DNA of 34,951 bases, taken from an uncultured virus (IMG/VR IMGVR_UViG_3300032213_001453). Its lineage: Duplodnaviria > Heunggongvirae > Uroviricota > Caudoviricetes. Of this stretch, positions 33,551 to 34,951 are shown in pieces; positions within the stretch are counted from its first letter, which is position 1, and each line of letters starts with the position of its first letter. The DNA is taken from the IMG/VR virus record IMGVR_UViG_3300032213_001453; one strand, 5' to 3'. The notes beneath the pieces are model-generated. The model was not told the DNA's origin. It did no database searches and saw only the letters and a program-made list of their open reading frames with translations. The position numbers and the translations under genes are program-made.

Positions 33551-33746
33551 TGTTATGGATGATATTTTTGTTGAGCGGGTTCATGGGAGTGGGCATTATG
33601 TTTTGAGTGCCATTGTGAGTGATGGGTATGATTCTTTTCGTCATAGCCTGCAGTTTTACTTCTATGACTGGGATGAGATTGATGCAATGAAGGCAGCTTA
33701 TGTTACTTATCTGAAGAGTAATAATCTGACGATTTGTGTAGATTAA
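33543..33746 (+). CDS. Hypothetical protein
   Basis: GGGGAG SD before ATG 33543; overlaps the previous stop. Confidence 0.65.
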   Translation: MVNVMDDIFVERVHGSGHYVLSAIVSDGYDSFRHSLQFYFYDWDEIDAMKAAYVTYLKSNNLTICVD

Positions 33747-33837
33747 TTATCACGGTTTTGGGTATAATTATCCCAAGCTTTCGTACCAAACTATTGATCG
33801 ATTTTGAGAAAAATCGGGGTCTGAAAGGAATGTCCTT

Positions 33838-34020
33838 ATCAATACTTATGATGTAATAATATCTAGATCAGAATCAACAATTATTAGAGTTGAAGCAACA
33901 GATTACTTCGAAGCTATTAATAAAGCTGAGAACCAAGTATTCTTTCCAGATAACCCTATCGATATTACTTGGATAGATGATGAAGATTATCAATGGAATG
34001 TCCAATTAGTTCAAGAATAG
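33838..34020 (+). CDS. Paralog of 32536..32769 with ATC at the start position (non-canonical start or pseudogene)
   Basis: GAAAGGA SD, then ATC-AAT-ACT-TAT: (M)NTYDVIISRSESTIIRVEATDYFEAINKAE...; in-frame stop at 33805 and no ATG/GTG/TTG in between. Confidence 0.55.
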   Translation: MNTYDVIISRSESTIIRVEATDYFEAINKAENQVFFPDNPIDITWIDDEDYQWNVQLVQE

Positions 34021-34237
34021 AGATCAAAGTAGAGATTTATCGTGCGACGTGCGCTCAAAATATGCTCTGAGATATCTCCATGACATTGAAGAAGAGGTAT
34101 AAGTAGTCTTAAAAGAGACACGTCTGTTGCGCTCATTTACTAAGGAATAAAGTTTTGTTAGAAAACTAACAAATAAATTATATTTATTTATTCATTGGCG
34201 ATGTTTAGGAAGGAAACTGCGGGAAAAACACGATAAT

Positions 34238-34453
34238 ATGCCCAAACAAATGTCCTCCAATAAGGAGATAAATAAACTAGTGAAGAAAGCTCTCAAACAG
34301 AATTGGCGGGTAGAAAAAGGTAATGCTAATCACCTAATGTTTTATCCTCCAGATTCTACAGAAGGAATTGTGACAGTAAGTTCTACACCTAGTTCCCCCC
34401 GAAATCATAAGAATATGTTATCTCTATTGAAAGCTAAAGGATTGATCCTATGA
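34238..34453 (+). CDS. HicA-like (dsRBD-fold) protein
   Basis: KEINKLVKKALKQNWRVEK...NHLMFYPP....VTVSSTPS....KNM...LK..G, with the conserved His. Confidence 0.7.
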   Translation: MPKQMSSNKEINKLVKKALKQNWRVEKGNANHLMFYPPDSTEGIVTVSSTPSSPRNHKNMLSLLKAKGLIL

Positions 34454-34749
34454 AAAGATATTATTATGTGGAAACTTATCTTACTACTAATGAGTGGGAA
34501 GAGATGATTGTTTCTAAAGACGATCCAGAATTAACTATTGTTCCCCGCATTTTGATTTGGCCTGAAGGTGGGCTTAGTAATGTAGAAGAAAATGTTATGT
34601 ATCAGGTTCTGTATAGGAAATACTTTGGGGGATGGGAAAAGGTTCATTATTCCTATACTTATCTTCCAGAGCATATTATTGTTAATATTGAAGAGATTAG
34701 TTATACGAGTGTAACTGCTAAGTATCCCCCCGGATATAATGAGTTGTAA
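34450..34749 (+). CDS. Hypothetical protein
   Basis: ATGA-coupled to the HicA-like gene; AAAGGA SD. Confidence 0.65.
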   Translation: MKRYYYVETYLTTNEWEEMIVSKDDPELTIVPRILIWPEGGLSNVEENVMYQVLYRKYFGGWEKVHYSYTYLPEHIIVNIEEISYTSVTAKYPPGYNEL

Positions 34750-34776
34750 TAAATAAATTTTATTTGTTTTGATTAG

Positions 34777-34805
34777 AGGGAGGCCTTCGGGCCTCCCTTT
34801 TTTTT
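34777..34805 (+). terminator. Intrinsic terminator
   Basis: AGGGAGGCC-TTCG-GGCCTCCCT plus a T run; cUUCGg tetraloop. Confidence 0.9.
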
Positions 34806-34951
34806 CGCCTTATCCGGGCTTTTAAAAATGGGGCTTATAAGACCTATTTTAGAATTTCAAGTTTTTTATCTTTCACTCTATTACATCACTTCTATAGTGA
34901 ATGTATATAATGAAGTTATTATCTCTCATTCTAATCTAGAGATCTGAGATG

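Noticed and set aside
1..34951. Alternative genetic code or stop-codon readthrough
   Set aside because: Core genes are full length under the standard code, all three stop codons are used, and the small ORFs have their own SDs and coupled starts.

Overview
A 35-kb segment of a large, fairly AT-rich tailed phage genome with every credible gene on the + strand. The host is very likely an Actinomycetota: there are two WhiB-type regulators, an Rpf-type lytic transglycosylase, a DUF3039-like protein and a HicA-like protein. Bases 1-21.4 kb hold a replication/recombination/packaging block: metallophosphoesterase, holin-like protein, MerR-type HTH, DnaB helicase, DnaG primase, SSB-like protein, HAD nucleotidase, dCMP deaminase, DnaE polymerase, RecA-like protein, Holliday-junction resolvase, Cas4-like nuclease, RuvC-like nuclease, DUF932-like protein and terminase subunits. 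The gene content resembles large Streptomyces siphoviruses (my recollection, not a search result). Bases 21.4-34.9 kb are an accessory region of about 40 small, mostly acidic ORFs. The most notable observations are: (i) a promoter- and terminator-bounded two-gene unit encoding an Hfq/Sm-like protein and a secreted stand-alone Rpf; (ii) a ~150-170-nt multi-block intergenic element present twice, each time heading an accessory operon; (iii) a circularly permuted GHKL-type ATPase fused to a HEXXH domain; (iv) two apparently leaderless genes; (v) several small paralog families, some missed by the ORF track. I found no tRNA, CRISPR array, integrase, intein or reverse transcriptase. All assignments come from reading motifs by eye.
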